A stretch of DNA of 64,000 bases from Macrostomum lignano (lineage: Eukaryota), in the NCBI GenBank assembly GCA_002269645.1, contig NIVC01000089.1:744001-808000 (forward strand). Direction: 5' to 3'. Made by a program: the position numbers and the translations under genes. Numbering within the stretch: the first letter of the stretch is position 1; every line of letters starts with the position of its first letter. Below are positions 10,976 through 25,000 of this stretch, one piece after another. The notes under the pieces were generated by a model, which worked only from the letters and a program-made list of their open reading frames with translations, did not search any database and was not told where the DNA came from.

Positions 10976-13900
10976 TTCTATAATCTTAAGTTCTATAACT
11001 TTGCTAATATATAGAGATATTCTTTAGGCTAGCCACAAATAAAGCTTTACTTGAATGCCTAAGTTTCAATTTACTATGCAAATAAAATTTTATGTGGTTA
11101 TAAAGGTTTCTATGCTCTATATGAATATATAAATAAATTCTCATTAATCTAACTAGCCACTATAACTGCATCATGAATAGACTAAACAGTTAGTTCTATT
11201 ATAAAAAAAGCTATTTTCAAAGATAATAGACCTTATGTCTTGAGTATGTTTAAAAGAATATTGTATACTTTAGTGCCAGACACTTTATAATATCAAGTCA
11301 ATATTGATAAGGACAAATTCAAGAGAGGATTTAGAGAGGGGCAGCTACACATTTTTTTTACCCTTAAGCTAAGGCAAAGCTTTATTTTTCATCTCTTATT
11401 AAATGCATTTTTGCACCCTTAGCTTAAAAATTGATGCTTCTTATACTCACGTTGGTGCCTCAGACTTAGAATACCCCCCTCTCAAAATGAATTTTTAGAT
11501 CTGCCACTGGAATAATGTGCATATATTGAACTTTATATTGTTATCTAAATCAAAGCTTATAGCTTAGGCCTATAATAATTGATTTGCCTAAAGTTTTATT
11601 TTGAATCTTTAGTCAATAATCTTATCTATGTGATTATCCTGTGTCTGTGTGATAGTCCTATTGTAAGTTGTAGTCCTATATATGCAACATGTCCAACAAG
11701 TTTCTACTAATATAGTATTATAGTAATAAATATTAGATATAAAAATCAGCCTATATTAAAATTTTAGGCCCTAATAGAGAAAATTAGTATATTATTTCTT
11801 TTTATTAGCACTTTTTTGCTAGTATATTAATGGATTTTTATTGAAATGTTAACACTGCATTTTCGATGAAACAGATTTAAATACAAGCTTTATTGACTGG
11901 TATTTTTCAAATGGAAAATTATTAATTTTTGTATTTTTCCAAAAAGTTGAAATATGGTATAAGCAAACTTTTTTGCTAGGAATAGTTTTGGCGCATGGCG
12001 CAAGCAATTTTTTTGGATAGGATTGTTGTGGCACATGGCATGCCATGATCCTGACTATGGCTATTATCAGACTATCAACAATGTTTTAAAATATGTTATT
12101 TGCTATATAAAATTAGGCGACTTTGCTCAAAAGAATCCAATCTACAAAACAAAACCAAGACAAAATCAAGAGACGGTAACTAACCAGCTGTATGTAGCTA
12201 GCAGCTAGCTATGGAGTATGGTATCACTCTAATACTTCATTTAATTAAATTGTAAAGTTTTATTAACATAGGCCTAGCCCTAATATAAGTGAATAATAAT
12301 CCTGTGGATTTTTGCAACTTAAATAGATCAGAGACGACAGAGATACTCGGCAAATGTAACATCTCAAGTGTAACGTTTTAGCTCTAGTTATTACAGGGGT
12401 ATGCTTAGACAGACACCCAAGTTCCAATCCAAATTAAATATCCATCCAATCCAAGTCACATATTTTCCCAAAAGTTTAAGACATATCGTACAGTGGCCGC
12501 AACATAGCAAAACCTATGCAACACTTAGCAATACTTGCTTAATATAACAATGTATAGAAGTACCAAATTAAATCAGAAAAATAAGTGAAAAAGTAAAAAA
12601 AATTTAGCCAAAAGGCCCAAAACCGTGAAAACTGAACTCGCCAAGGTAAAGGTTCGTTATTTCATAGAATTTTATCAGTTTAAATATTGTAGTAAAAGTT
12701 TTTTCCTTAAAATCGAAAATAGCTTTTTATAAATATTGTTTTACAAAATGCTTTTTAGTTTGTGAAGCAAAAATAATTTTTTGGTTTTAAAATTGTTATA
12801 ATATTATAAAAGCACGATATGCAGTTTGAATTAACTTTTTTCTGAGAAACACAGCCGACCAAAATTTTGCGAAAATCCAATTTGATATCAATCTAGGCAG
12901 GCTTAATTTAGTATTGTAAAGTACATTTAGATAATTATCAGTCACATACCCGATGACCTACTCAGAATAGTCTTATTTTTTAACATATTAGAGATTTTTA
13001 AAGCAGTTTCTTATATTTTTGACTTGCAAAAAATATTCTTACACAAGTGGCATTTCTAGGGACTAGGGTGTCAGGGACTAGGGGTACAGCCGTTACAGGA
13101 CGTTTTGCCTTAAGTCATTTGGCGGCTGCCTATGACGCATGGCTTTGGGCCTTATAAGACACTTAGCCCGAATATTCAAATAAGTCTAAGTCCTACGATT
13201 GGGTTTTATTTCGCTTGACTGTACTGTACTTAAAATCGTTTTGTCTATTCTCTTTTTCCTATTTTGCTATTTACTGTTTTACTTCAGCTTCAGTGATGGA
13301 TCCTGATTTGGTCCTAATGCCCCAATGAGGCCATGCCCCTCTCTCAGCTAGATATAATGGCTATAATTTATATGATATTCATTTGGAGAGGATCAATATA
13401 GATTACATTACTGTCATTAGCAAAATTTATCATGGGAAATTAGAGTAAGCTTTTTTCTAAGAATTTTCTTTAATATAACAGAAAGGTATATATATAGTGT
13501 CCCTGATATATATACTTGTTATTTAACTTGAGTTAAGATTGGTAATCAGTGCTTTTAATTTTAATTCTAGTGGTAGACCTTGCTTGGAAATATGAATATA
13601 TAACTATACTACCTCTGCTAGGTTTCTGCTATTTGATAATATTAATAACTATATATAATATATAGCTAAGATAAATTATGGAGGTCTATATATTAAAATT
13701 CAGTCTTCTTGGGTCTTAATAATATTTTGACTATTTTAAGCTAAACTTGATATTTTAAATTTCTCAAATATTTGTGCATTAAAAATTGAATAATGATTTT
13801 TATGTCTAGATATATCTTTAAGAATATGCTTGTTTTATGATTTTATGAGCAATAAACCAAATCTTCTTTCTCTGATCCTATGTAAAATACATTTTTATGC

Positions 13901-14049
13901 CTAACAATTGGCAACCTAAAAATTATGCCAATTGACACTTTTTATTCTGCTAGTACCTAGGTTTTAAACAAAATGTGTTAAATAACATATGACAAAAAGA
14001 TTACTAAGGAGCAAGACACAATGTAAAAGAAGAAAGAAAAGATGAGAGG

Positions 14050-14392
14050 GGGGCCGTAGCCCAGCGGTAGTGTAGCTGCTCTGGTGTGCCAGTGACCCAG
14101 GCTTGATTCCAAGTGCAGTCACATTAATTTGGGGCTGAATTGGAATCTTGGCTTGGCTCTGCTCGTGCAATTAACGGCCTTGAGAGCCAACCCCCCAAGG
14201 CGCAGTGAAGTGTACATGCCTAACGATAATATAAAGTTAGGGCCGCTGTACACTCCTGTGTGAGTGCATGCCTGCGTATGTATCCGCGCGCTTGTATGCC
14301 TGCTCACGGGAGTTGGCAGAATGGGCAGTAATGCCTCTCGCTGTTTGTGTGCCTATGTCGCTTAAAGTGCGCCAGTGTGCACACAACCCCCT
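14050..14392 (+). mobile_element. tRNA-derived SINE, family A
   Basis: Head GGCCGTAGCCCAGCGG (A box) ... GGCTTGATTCC (B box); body shared with 18284-18589 (-) and 29867-30203 (+). Confidence 0.75.
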
Positions 14393-14477
14393 GTCTCTAA
14401 TACAAAAAGAGGCACAGAAATAGGAAAAGATGAGAAAGGAAATACCAACAGAAGAGGCAACAAAAAAGCAGAGAACA

Positions 14478-14648
14478 TACATGCACAACCTTGGGAATCA
14501 CTCGGCTGTTTCTATTGGCAACACACACATGTAAGTCACTATTGGCTGAGAGTAGTCTCGTGACTACTATTCTGTCCAATAGCAATTTACATGTGTGTGT
14601 TGCCAATGGAAACGGCCGGGTGAATCCCTAGGTTGCACCCAAGCATGG
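14478..14648. mobile_element. Second copy of the palindromic foldback
   Basis: Same arms as 10774-10975; centre AGTCTCGTGACT. Confidence 0.75.
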
Positions 14649-15004
14649 CAGAGAAGGAGAGCAAAAAGGAAGTCGCAACTAGACTACTGGACTAAGCTTA
14701 GTTGCAGCAAAAATTATGCAGTTCTATTATCACAGAGAGTGGGTTTCTCTGCCATGGTTTATATAGTCAAAGCTTTTTCACCAAATAACCAATATTTCTC
14801 TATATTTAGCTTGAAGAACAGTTTCTGCTCTGTACAAACTCTACAGAAGTCTGCAAGAAAATCTTAAAGCCATCATATTTCTGTATTTGTAGTTATAAGA
14901 GCAGTTGTTTTCTGTAGGCATAGCTGCCATAGGTCCCTGTTATACTGATAGTTGCCATAGCAACCTTTAGCATAGTCTATTGGCATCAAGTAGTTAAATT
15001 CTGC

Positions 15005-17879
15005 TCAAACAGCTGGTGAAGCAGCTCTGCTGTTGGCACTGGATAGCGCCGCCTCCGATGCCTCATCAATTGCTGCTGGCTGCACAGTCCCCCTCAGCCG
15101 CAGGTAGCCAGCTTTCCCAGCCTCTGCCAGCTGCCGCTGCAGCTCCTGCTCACTGTTGATGATGCGCACCACTTTGTAGGCCTCCTCGCTGGATTCCAGC
15201 ACGCTTTTCTTCCTGTCAGCCTCGTGCCGTCTGGTCTCGATTCGCTTCAGGCTGAAGCTGCCAATCTGTGCAGTTATTTAAGGGGTATCGATATTTTTGT
15301 TTGGACTCGGGATGAAGGTATGGGTTTTGAAATTTGTGTCAGATCAAATTTAGGCACAGATCTGACATTAACTGACAGTAATGACAGTAACTGACATGAT
15401 TGTGTGTAAATTTTAACCTGATAGCTGTCACATTGGATCATAAGCATGCCGCTTTGTTGCTCTTTAATGGCTGGACGAGCCTCTTGCTTTCCAAAATTCC
15501 TCATTTCAGCTTGTAGATCCTCATTCTTGGCATGAAGATCCTCATTCTTGGCATGAAGATCCTCATTCTTGGCATGAAGATCCTCATTCTTGGCATGAAG
15601 ATCCTCATTCTTGGCATGAAGATAATTATTCTTGGCATGAAGATCCTCATTCTTGGCATGTAGATCCTCATTCTTGGCATGAAGATCCTCATTCTTGGCA
15701 TGAAGATAATCATTCTTGGCATGAAGATCCTCATTCTTGTCATGTAGATAATCATTCTTGGCATGTAGATCCTCATTCTTGTCATGTAGATAATCATTCT
15801 TGGCATGTAGATCCTCATTCTTGTCATGTAGATAATCATTCTTGGCATGTAGATCCTCATTCTTGTCATGTAGATAATCATTCTTGGCATGTAGATCCTC
15901 ATTCTTGGCATGTAGATCCTCATTCTTGGCATGTAGATCCTCATTCTTGGCATGTAGATCATCATTCTTGGCATGTAGATAATTCATTCTTGGCGTGTAG
16001 ATCCTCATTCTTGGCATGTAGATTCTCATTCTTGGCATGTAGATCCTCATTCTTGGCATGTAGATCCTCATTCTTGGCATGTAGATAATTCATTCTTGGC
16101 ATGTAGATCCTCATTCTTGGCATGTAGATCCTCATTCTTGGCATGTAGATCCTCATTCTTGGCATGTAGATCCTCATTCTTGGCATGAAGATAATCATTC
16201 TTGGCATGAAGATCCTCATTCTTGTCATGTAGATAATCATTCTTGGCATGTAGATCCTCATTCTTGTCATGTAGATAATCATTCTTGGCATTTAGATCCT
16301 CATTCTTGCATGTAGATCACCATTCTCGCATGTAGATCCTCATTCTTGGCATGTAGATCCTCATTCTTGGCATGTAGATCCTCATTCTTGCATTTAGATC
16401 ATCATTCTTGGCATTTAGATCCTCATTCTTGCATGTAGATCCTCATTCTCGCATGTAGATCATCATTCTTGGCATTTAGATCCTCATTCTTGCATGTAGA
16501 TTATCATTCTCGCATGTAGATCCTCATTCTTTGCATGTAGATCATCATTCTTGGCATGAAGATCCTCATTCTTGGCATGAAGATAATCATTCTTGGCATG
16601 AAGATCCTCATTCTTGTCATGTAGATAATCATTCTTGGCATGTAGATCCTCATTCTTGTCATGTAGATAATCATTCTTGCATGTAGATCATCATTCTCGC
16701 ATGTAGATCCTCATTATTGGCATGTAGATCATCATTCTTGGCATGTAGATCCTCATTCTTGCATGTAGATCACCATTCTCGCATGTAGATCATCATTCTT
16801 AGCATATGAATCCTCACCTTACCAAATCTGCAATTATTCATTCTTTACATATTTTGACTTTGATATGTCACTCTTGAACTCCTGATATGTAACTTCCTGC
16901 TTGCTAACTAGCATGTAAGCCTACATCCCGGATTGAAGTCGACTCTAAAGAAAACACGCACCTGACTCCTCAGAGGCCTGGCTTTTACCGGCGCTCCGAA
17001 CATGGCCGCAGTCTGGCGCATCAGCGTGTTGGGATGATTTGCAGTCAGGGTGGCCATTCGTTTAGCGAACTCTTGCCGCGTCTTTGCCAGCTCTTCGCCT
17101 TTGCTGTCCTTCGGCTTCGAATTCGCTTTGCCTTCCTTTCTTGTTTGTTCTTCGCCGTAGTCGGCTTCCTCATCCTCTTCTTCCAGTTCCTCCTCTTCGT
17201 CGTCTTCGTCTGGCTGTGGCGAGCGCACCTCCTTGCCGCGCACGTGCTCAATCAGAAAGTTAATAAAAGACTGTCTGGCTCGAGCTGCTTCCCGGAATCG
17301 GCGCAGTCGTTCCTCCTCGGCGCGGTCCTGCTCGGCGCGCTGGCCAAGCTCTCGTCGCCGGCTTTCGTTCGCTTGTAGGCGTCGCCGCATCTGGTCCTGA
17401 GGTGTTTTGTGTTTGGCGGTTGGCGGTTTTATAAAGCAGTCAGAGCGAGCCACAATGGCTATTGATGCACTTCTAAACACCCACAGTCTCGAGGCTTGCG
17501 CAGCGCCTCAAGATTCTGTTTTTTGTAACAGCGTGAATACCAAGGTCTCGAGGGGAATACCAAAGTCTCGAGAGGAATACCAAGGTCTCGAGAGGGATTC
17601 TAAAGTCTCGAGAGGAATTCCAAGGTCTTAAGATAGGTGCTAGTTTTCTTCAGAGTCTCAAAATGGTCTCAAAAAGCGTTTTGTCGTTTTATCTTCGACT
17701 CGCCCCACCTCAGCCCGCTGCATGGTGCGCAATTCGTACTGTCGATGCTTCTCAATGTGACTGTCAAGCAACGCTTTGAGTCGTTCGCTCTCCATTCTAT
17801 TCCGAGTCCTGACCAGCTCCATGGTGCGATAGAACGAATTGTGCACGTCCGTCTCGTTTCTTAGGCGATTTCTCTGCAT
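15005..17879 (-). CDS. Uncharacterised charged coiled-coil protein, ~288 aa
   Basis: Exons 17709-17879, 16962-17396 and 15005-15265 join in phase 0 with GT-AG borders (RAE|DQMRRRL; RSQ|IGSFSLKRIE). The product is R/E-rich and helical with an acidic tract. No family recognised. Confidence 0.7.
15511..16812. repeat. Minisatellite, 21-bp unit GATCCTCATTCTTGGCATGTA; intron 2 of the orphan gene
   Basis: Tandem units with 20-22-bp variants. Confidence 0.97.
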
Positions 17880-18283
17880 GGCTGCTGGACGTTGTAAAAA
17901 AGTTTTTGCTACGTCGTTTTTAGCAAGCCTGCACGGTCTTGTCCTTATAATAAGCCTGATCTCGGTTCTCAGCTGGTATGTGAAATCATCAGAGTTAATT
18001 ATTCATTGCTTTAGCTCTAGATGTATGGTCTGATGACAATGAATTATTGAGTATATAACTCTTGAGTCCGATCTGGTGGTCTTTGAGCTGTGCTTACTCG
18101 CTGAAGCCTCTATCAAACCAGATTTTTCTCATTGCTGCAAGTTCCTAATTCAAGTTGTGCATTCAGATCGAAATACGAGTTTCTGGCCGCTTTCGTACTG
18201 TCGGATGACAAAAAATTGGACGAGTATAGTTTAGAAAGATGTTTCAAAGATAAATATTAGCATGCTTTTTATATTAGAGGCAG

Positions 18284-18589
18284 GGGCTGCGTGCTGCGTG
18301 CCCTTCTGCCGACTCCCCTGACTAGGCACACAAGCGCGCGGATACGTACGCAGTCATACTCACAGGCACACACTCACACAGGAGTGCACAGCGGCCCTGA
18401 CTTTATTTATTGTTAGGCATGCATGTACAGTTCATTGCTCCTTAGGGGTTGGCCCTCAATAGCGTTAATTGCACGAGCAGAGCCAAGCCGAGATTCCAAT
18501 TCAGCCCCAAATTAATGTGACTGCACTTGGAATCGAGCCTGGGCCGCTGGCACACCAGAGCGCCGCGACAGACCACTGGGCTACGCCTC
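18284..18589 (-). mobile_element. tRNA-derived SINE, family A
   Basis: Reverse-complement match to 14050-14392 and 29867-30203. Confidence 0.75.
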
Positions 18590-19077
18590 CGTCCTCCTCC
18601 CCAACATTAGCAGGTTACAGCCTGGATGAAATGAATGAAAGGAAAGGACTAAGACAACTAGAAAATCTGTCTGCGAAAGTTCATAAAGTACTAAGGATTG
18701 GTAGTAAATTAATTGTGGAAGATTTAGACACGATAAGTATAACTGCTTCTTAACGCGTAATTTCCAGGAAAAGTAATGATATTTTTGTGAAATTTTTCAT
18801 TCTATTTAATTTATTATCCTACAAAGTTGTTATAATAAATATTTATCCAGAAACTACTCGTATTTAGAGCGAAGTTCAAATTTCAAAGGGCAATTACAAT
18901 ATCGTATGAAACATGTTTTTCTACTATCAAAAGTACACATTGGTTTAGACACTTTTTTTCTGCGGGGTTTTATCATTTTATCTGTTTCCGTAGTAGACAG
19001 ATAGTAGGCTGCAAGTTGTGTTGCTATGGCTATCATTATTCGTCTAGAGAGGAATAAAAAATTCTCAACATCAACAG

Positions 19078-22000
19078 TCCGCAGCGACGGCCGAAACAGC
19101 GTGCTATGTGCACTGCTCCCTGCGCCAGCCCGGACAGCCGGACTTGACCAGCCGGCCGGAGCCGCTGAGCGCTACCGATAGCGCCAGTTGCCAGGTGCAG
19201 AGCGGCGGCGTCGACGGCGAGTCGCGCTGGCTGCTCACCCTGACCGGCTTGCCTCGGCGCCGGGTTCCGTCGGTCAAAGCGTGTCGTCGAGCGTCTCGAC
19301 GTTGCGACAGCGTCATCGTCAGCGGCTTCACTCGACCGCGGCGTCCCGAGGCCGATGACAATGACGACGGCTTATCCGTCGATGATGAGGTCGGTTCGAC
19401 AATCGCAGTGAGCCTGGCTGCGGTTGCCAAGTCGCTGGGCCTGCCAGACTCGGCTGCCGAAGACGTCGCCGCCAATAAACCGACAGTCTTCGTCACGAAC
19501 GTCTGGGCCTACGCTGTGCTGCGCCTTCGCCAGCCAAGCCAGCGCCTCCTGCTGATTGGCCTTCGTCGGGATCGGCGTTGTCGAGTTCTTGTCAACGGCA
19601 AGCGTCGATCGCAGCGTTCGGTGCTCTACTACGACTGGGCTGGCGGGCAGGACGACAACGACGGATTCCAGCCGCCGCGGCTCACCTTCAGCGAGAACTG
19701 GCCGCCGCTTGTGGACTACCCGGCCGGCGAATCCGCACTGCTGCTGGCCGAGCCGCCGGACAGCCTGATCCGCCAGCTCATGCTCGGCGACGCCGTGGCA
19801 ACAGCCGACCGGCTCTGCGCTTTGAACGGCTGGAGCAGCCGCGGCTGCCTGGTGCCGCTGGTCAGCCTGGAGGCGGCGCTCCGCCAGCGTCAGCTGGACA
19901 CCGTGGCATTCTTTCTTAACAGCCACGAGCAGGCGCCGTTGGCCAGCCTCCGACCGGCCCTGGACCTCATGCTGAGCTACCTGGCCAGCCTGGCCGACAG
20001 TCCGGCCGGCAGGCAGTACGCTGACCAGCTGGCCGCCAGGATCAACAGGTTCCTCTGTCGCCAGCTCCTGCTCGCTGACCAAGCCGACAGTAGCCAAGCC
20101 GAGCTGTCGCTCTACCTCAGCCGAGTTCGACGCTACTGCCGTCGCCCGGTGCCGCAGCCGCCGCCAACGCCGCTGTTGAAGGCGTCGTCAGCGTCGTTGA
20201 TATCTTCGTCGGCTTCGGTCGGTGATGCTTCGTCAGCGTCGACTTCGGCCGCTGCCGCCGCTGCCTCCGCCTGGTCGCAACTGGCCGATACGGACGTCCT
20301 TGTTGACGCCTGTCTGTCGAACTGCGTCACCAGGGCGCTGGAGTACTTCTCGAATAGCTCGGCCTCGCGTAGCTGCACAGCCGCCCACTGTCTAACCGTG
20401 TGCAGGTCGCGAGTTCGATACCTGGTCGGCCGGCGCCAGCTAGTGGAAGCGCGTGTCCTACTTGATGCCAGTGGCGCCGACACCGAGCGAGAGCTGCGCG
20501 ACCTCCTGCTGGACTGCGCCGATGCCGGCCTGAGGAGCTGGCTGTACCTGCAGCTGGCTGCCGACCTACCCGCCGAAGTTCAGGTGCGTCCCTTCTTGAG
20601 TCTAAGTTTCACTGGGTGCCAAGCATATGCCTCACCTGTTCTCCCAGCCCTATGCCTCACCTGTTCTCCCAGCCCTATGCCTCACCTGTTCTCCCAGCCC
20701 TATGCCTCACCTGTTCTCCCAGCCCTATGCCTCACCTGTTCTCCCAGCCCTATGCCTCACCTGTTCTCCCAGCCCTATGCCTCACCTGTTCTCCCAGCCC
20801 TATGCCTCACCTGTTCTCCCAGCCCTATGCCTCACCTGTTCTCCCAGCCCTATGCCTCACCTGTTCTCCCAGCCCTATGCCTCACCTGTTCTCCCAGCCC
20901 TATGCCTCACCTGTCACTCCAGCCCTATGCCTCACCTGTTCTCCCAGCCCTATGCCTCACCTGTTCTCCCAGCCCTATGCCTCACCTGTCAGTCCAGGCC
21001 TATTCCTCACCTGTTCTCCCAGCCCTATGCCTCACCTGTCACTCCAGCCCTATGCCTCACCTGTCAGTCCAGGCCTATTCCTCACCTGTTCTCCCAGCCC
21101 TATGCCTCACCTGTCAGTCCAGGCCTATTCCTCACCTGTTCTCCCAGCCCTATGCCTCACCTGTCAGTCCAGGCCTATGCCTCACCTGTCAGTCCAGCCC
21201 TATGCCTCACCTGTTCTCCCAGCCCTATGCCTCACCTGTCACTCCAGCCCTATGCCTCACCTGTCACTCCAGCCCTATGCCTCACCTGTCAGTCCAGGCC
21301 TATTCCTCACCTGTTCTCCCAGCCCTATGCCTCACCTGTTCTCCCAGCCCTATGCCTCACCTGTCACTCCAGCCCTATGCCTCAACTGTCACTCCAGCCC
21401 TATGCCTCACCTGTCAGTCCAGGCCTATGCCTCACCTGTTCTCCCAGCCCTATGCCTCACCTGTCAGTCCAGGCCTATGTCTCGCCTGTCACCCCAGGCC
21501 TGTGTCACCTGTACATGCATTTTTTGTTTGACCAATATTCGAGCCAATCTCAAACGACACAGCTACTATCGATATAAATTGTTGATTCACCCAAAGGCGG
21601 CCATGTCCAGCATGGAGCGTCTCTCCTCCGCCTACAACACCGACGAGGCCCGGGCCGAGCTTCGGGCGGCGCTGCTGGCTGGCGAACCCGAGGCCGCCGC
21701 CTCCGAATCGGCGTCGCCGCTGACTCTCCGTCGAATGCTCAGCCTGGCCGAGTCTCGAGTCCAGGAGCTCCTGCTGCGCCGATCGCTGGCAGTCCAGTCG
21801 CTAACAGACGTCCTTGATCGATTCCCAGCCCAGGCGGTCTGGCGCCACCTGCTGGCTGCTGGCAACTATCGGCTGCTGTCCGAGGCGTTGGACGCCGCCC
21901 GGCCAAGCTCGGACGATCTGGACGGCCTCCACAGCCTGCCAGAGTGGCTGTCCGAGCCGCTGCTGTGCCGGGCGGCCAAGTCCGGCAGGTTCAGCGCCAA

Positions 22001-25000
22001 GGAGGCGTCCAGCAGGCGTCTTTGGCTGCGACGCTGCGCCCTAGCCGGTTGCTTAGCAACGGAAGCGGAACCGCTTCGAGCTCTGCTTGGCGAGGCGCTT
22101 GAAGCTGGTCACGTGACTGCAGCCTCGTACGCGCTGGACATGCTGGAGGAGATGGGAGCTGGCGAGATTAGCGGTGAGCTCCCCTGGTGCCTTTGGCTGG
22201 CGCTGTACACCCTGTGTGAGCGTGTGTGTGAGTTCGTGCCTGCGTACAGCGCGCTTGTATTCTGCTCAGGAGTCAGCGGAGTGAGCAGACTTTTGCCTCA
22301 CCGCTGGTCGTATGACAATTCTGACGATACAGCCACTCTAGCACGCCTCAAATACGACTTTACCTTACGGCCCCAGAGTCGTTTCACAGTCGCAGGCAGT
22401 AAAACGCTTCAAAGTGATTCTTGAGCGACTCTTTGACGACTTTTTTAGCGACTCGAACCGTGACATCTCGTCGTTTTATAGTGGTTTTAGAGTCACTTCT
22501 TTCCAATTTTACCTGTGTCATCTGCAACGACTCGACTGTTTCGTCAGGGGTGTCTACAGCCCACATTCCAGCAGCTTCTCCAGTCCCATTCATTGGCAAG
22601 CATCCTATTGACTGATTTTTTCCCAGACGACTCATCCTCAAGTCGCCAATCCTCGCTGCTCAGTCGGCTCCGGGATCTGCGATCGAAGCGGCTCGACGCC
22701 AACGAAGACCAGGACCCCGAGTCCGACTGGCCGGCCCCGGAGCCGCTCCGCGAGGACCCGTCCGGCGTCAGCCTGGACTCCCTGCTGCCCGCCTGTCTGG
22801 CCCCAGTTGAAGCCGCCGACAAGTCGGCTGGCGGCGACGCGGAGCCGCCGGAAATCGGCCGGCTGCCGCACCGCTACTACCTGGCCAACCTGCGGCCGGT
22901 CAGCGCGTACGCCGTTTACCTGGCCGAGTTTTTCTCTGCCGCTTCGCCTGCCGCCTCGGCCACGGCGTCGCCGCTGCCTTTGAATCGGCGGTCCATCCGG
23001 GCGGCCGTCACCAGCGTCTCGGCCGAGGCCGCTGCCGTCGCCGGAGCTTCAAATTCGGCGATTGACGCCGTGACCTCGGCGCTGGTGTTCGGCCATCTGT
23101 GCGGCGTTAGCGACATTCAGTGCAAACTGCGGGCTAGCGATATTGTGCTGGCCAAGTCCGGTGAGTGACTGACTGGCTGGCGCTAAAGACATCAAGGACA
23201 CAAAGACATCAAGGACACAAAGACATCTAGGACACAAAGACATCAAGGACACAAAGACATCTAGGACACAAAGACACCTAGGACACGAAGACATCTAGGA
23301 CACAAAGACATCTAGGACACAAAGACATCTAGGACACAAAGACATCTAGGACACAAAGACATCAAGGACACAAAGACATCAAGGACACAAAGACATCAAG
23401 GACACAAAGACATCAAGGACAACTAGACACTAATACATTGGGATTATAATACGAGCTACATTGAAGCGCCAGGACACCTAGGCACTGAAACATCTGTGGC
23501 ACACTGGGATCTCTAAGTCCAGCTTGCTATTCCCATTCCCAACGCCCGCCGTGCCCCACAGTGTCAGACGCAGCCGCAGCCGAGGACCCGCCAGCGGACC
23601 TCGGCCAGCTGGTCATGCAGTGGCGCTGCCGGGCCCTGGCCGCTCATCTCACTGGCCGGCCACTCCCGGCCGAGCCGCTGGTTCAACTGGCCGCCAACGA
23701 CGACTGGGCCGGCTTTCTGGCCGCCGGCCAGCTGCTGGGCTACGGCAAGCCGCGCCTGCTGAGCCTGCTGAATCAGTTCGCTAGCCGGCCCGTTGCCGAC
23801 CATCTGGCTCACGTGATCGAAATGGCCTCCTCGACTGCACCCGAGACGGTGAGCAAGTCTCTCTCTTTAGCAATCCCTAGCTAATAATTCATTTTCGATC
23901 CCTGTTCTCGAACTCCCCATACAGACTCGACCGGCGGAGCCGAGGCAGCGGCTGTACGACCAGCTTGGCCTCACTGCCAGGCCCCGGTCGCAGCAGCAGC
24001 AGCAGCAGCAGTCTTCGTCAACCACTGCAACAGTGTCCGCTCAGCAGCGCCGTCCGCCTAAGCACCGACGTCGAGGCCGTTCGTCTTCGCGCAATGTCGC
24101 ATCCACCTTGACGACGACGGAGAGCGAAAGCAGTGCCGAGACCGCTGCCGCTGTACCACCTTCGCGGACGCCGCCTCCGCCCAACTCCGATGCTGACGAG
24201 GCCTCCACCGCGCCAGACGAATCCGAGATTGTCGGCGGTCGGGCGACGGCACCGGAAGCGCCGCCTCGACCACCGGGCGACTCCGACGTGGACGGCGGCC
24301 TGCTGGCGGTTGTCGGGGCCGACTCGAGTCGACGGCACCTCGGCTTGTACGCCAGGCAGCTCGGCCATCCGCTGCTCAGCCTGCTGTCCGAGCGACCGGC
24401 CCTGTCCGACTATCTGGCCAGCCTCGCTCAGTTGCCGCCCCCAACCGTCGGCGGCGACTCCAGCACAGGCGTCGATGCGCTATTATCGACGCCTGACGCT
24501 CTGATTGCCGAGTGTCGATCGGCTGGCCGGCTGGACGCCCTCGCCGACGCCTGCGCCGTTTTTCTGCCGCAGCGCCGCGGCCTGTCCGAGCTGGCCGCCG
24601 CCTGCCACGGCATATCGACGTCGGTCGGCGCGGAAGCTCCGGCCGTCAATGAACGCCTGCTGGAATCGCTGCGAGCCTATCGAGACGACTGTCCGCTGAC
24701 CGGCGCTCTGCTGCGGCTCTGGGACGAGTTGAATGCCGAGAGTCGGACTTCGGCGACGGCGACTGATGCGGACGATAGCGGCGAAGGCGAAGAAGTAATC
24801 GGCCAGTTCAAGCTGTCGGCCAGGTGGACGTCGCTGGTTGGCCGGCTGAAGGCGGAGGAGGCCGCGTCGAACGGCGATGCTGACGAAAATCTGACTGGAG
24901 AAGGGCAGCAGCTTGGGGGCCCGGCTGCGGCGACGGCTGCACCAGACGGTATTGGCGAACTGGCTGCTTTCGCGAAAGTTTCTGTTGGGCTTTCCTCCCA

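Noticed and set aside
11318-11510. Possible MITE with an AGATCTGCCACTG end, and a hAT-like end near 59585-59605
   Set aside because: Only one convincing terminus each; too degenerate to support.
15274-16291. ORFs with LHAKNED and MPRMRIY repeats
   Set aside because: They are readings of the 21-bp intronic minisatellite; several frames are open simply because the unit lacks stops.
19108-22424. 807-aa and 602-aa ORFs as complete proteins
   Set aside because: Each fuses a real SPG11 exon with the 25-bp array; canonical splice sites at 20584 and 21596 remove the array in frame.
24949-24992. SPG11 exon 5 extending to a donor at 24978
   Set aside because: That donor is phase 0 and weak; the next acceptor needs phase 1, which fits the GTATTG donor at 24949.
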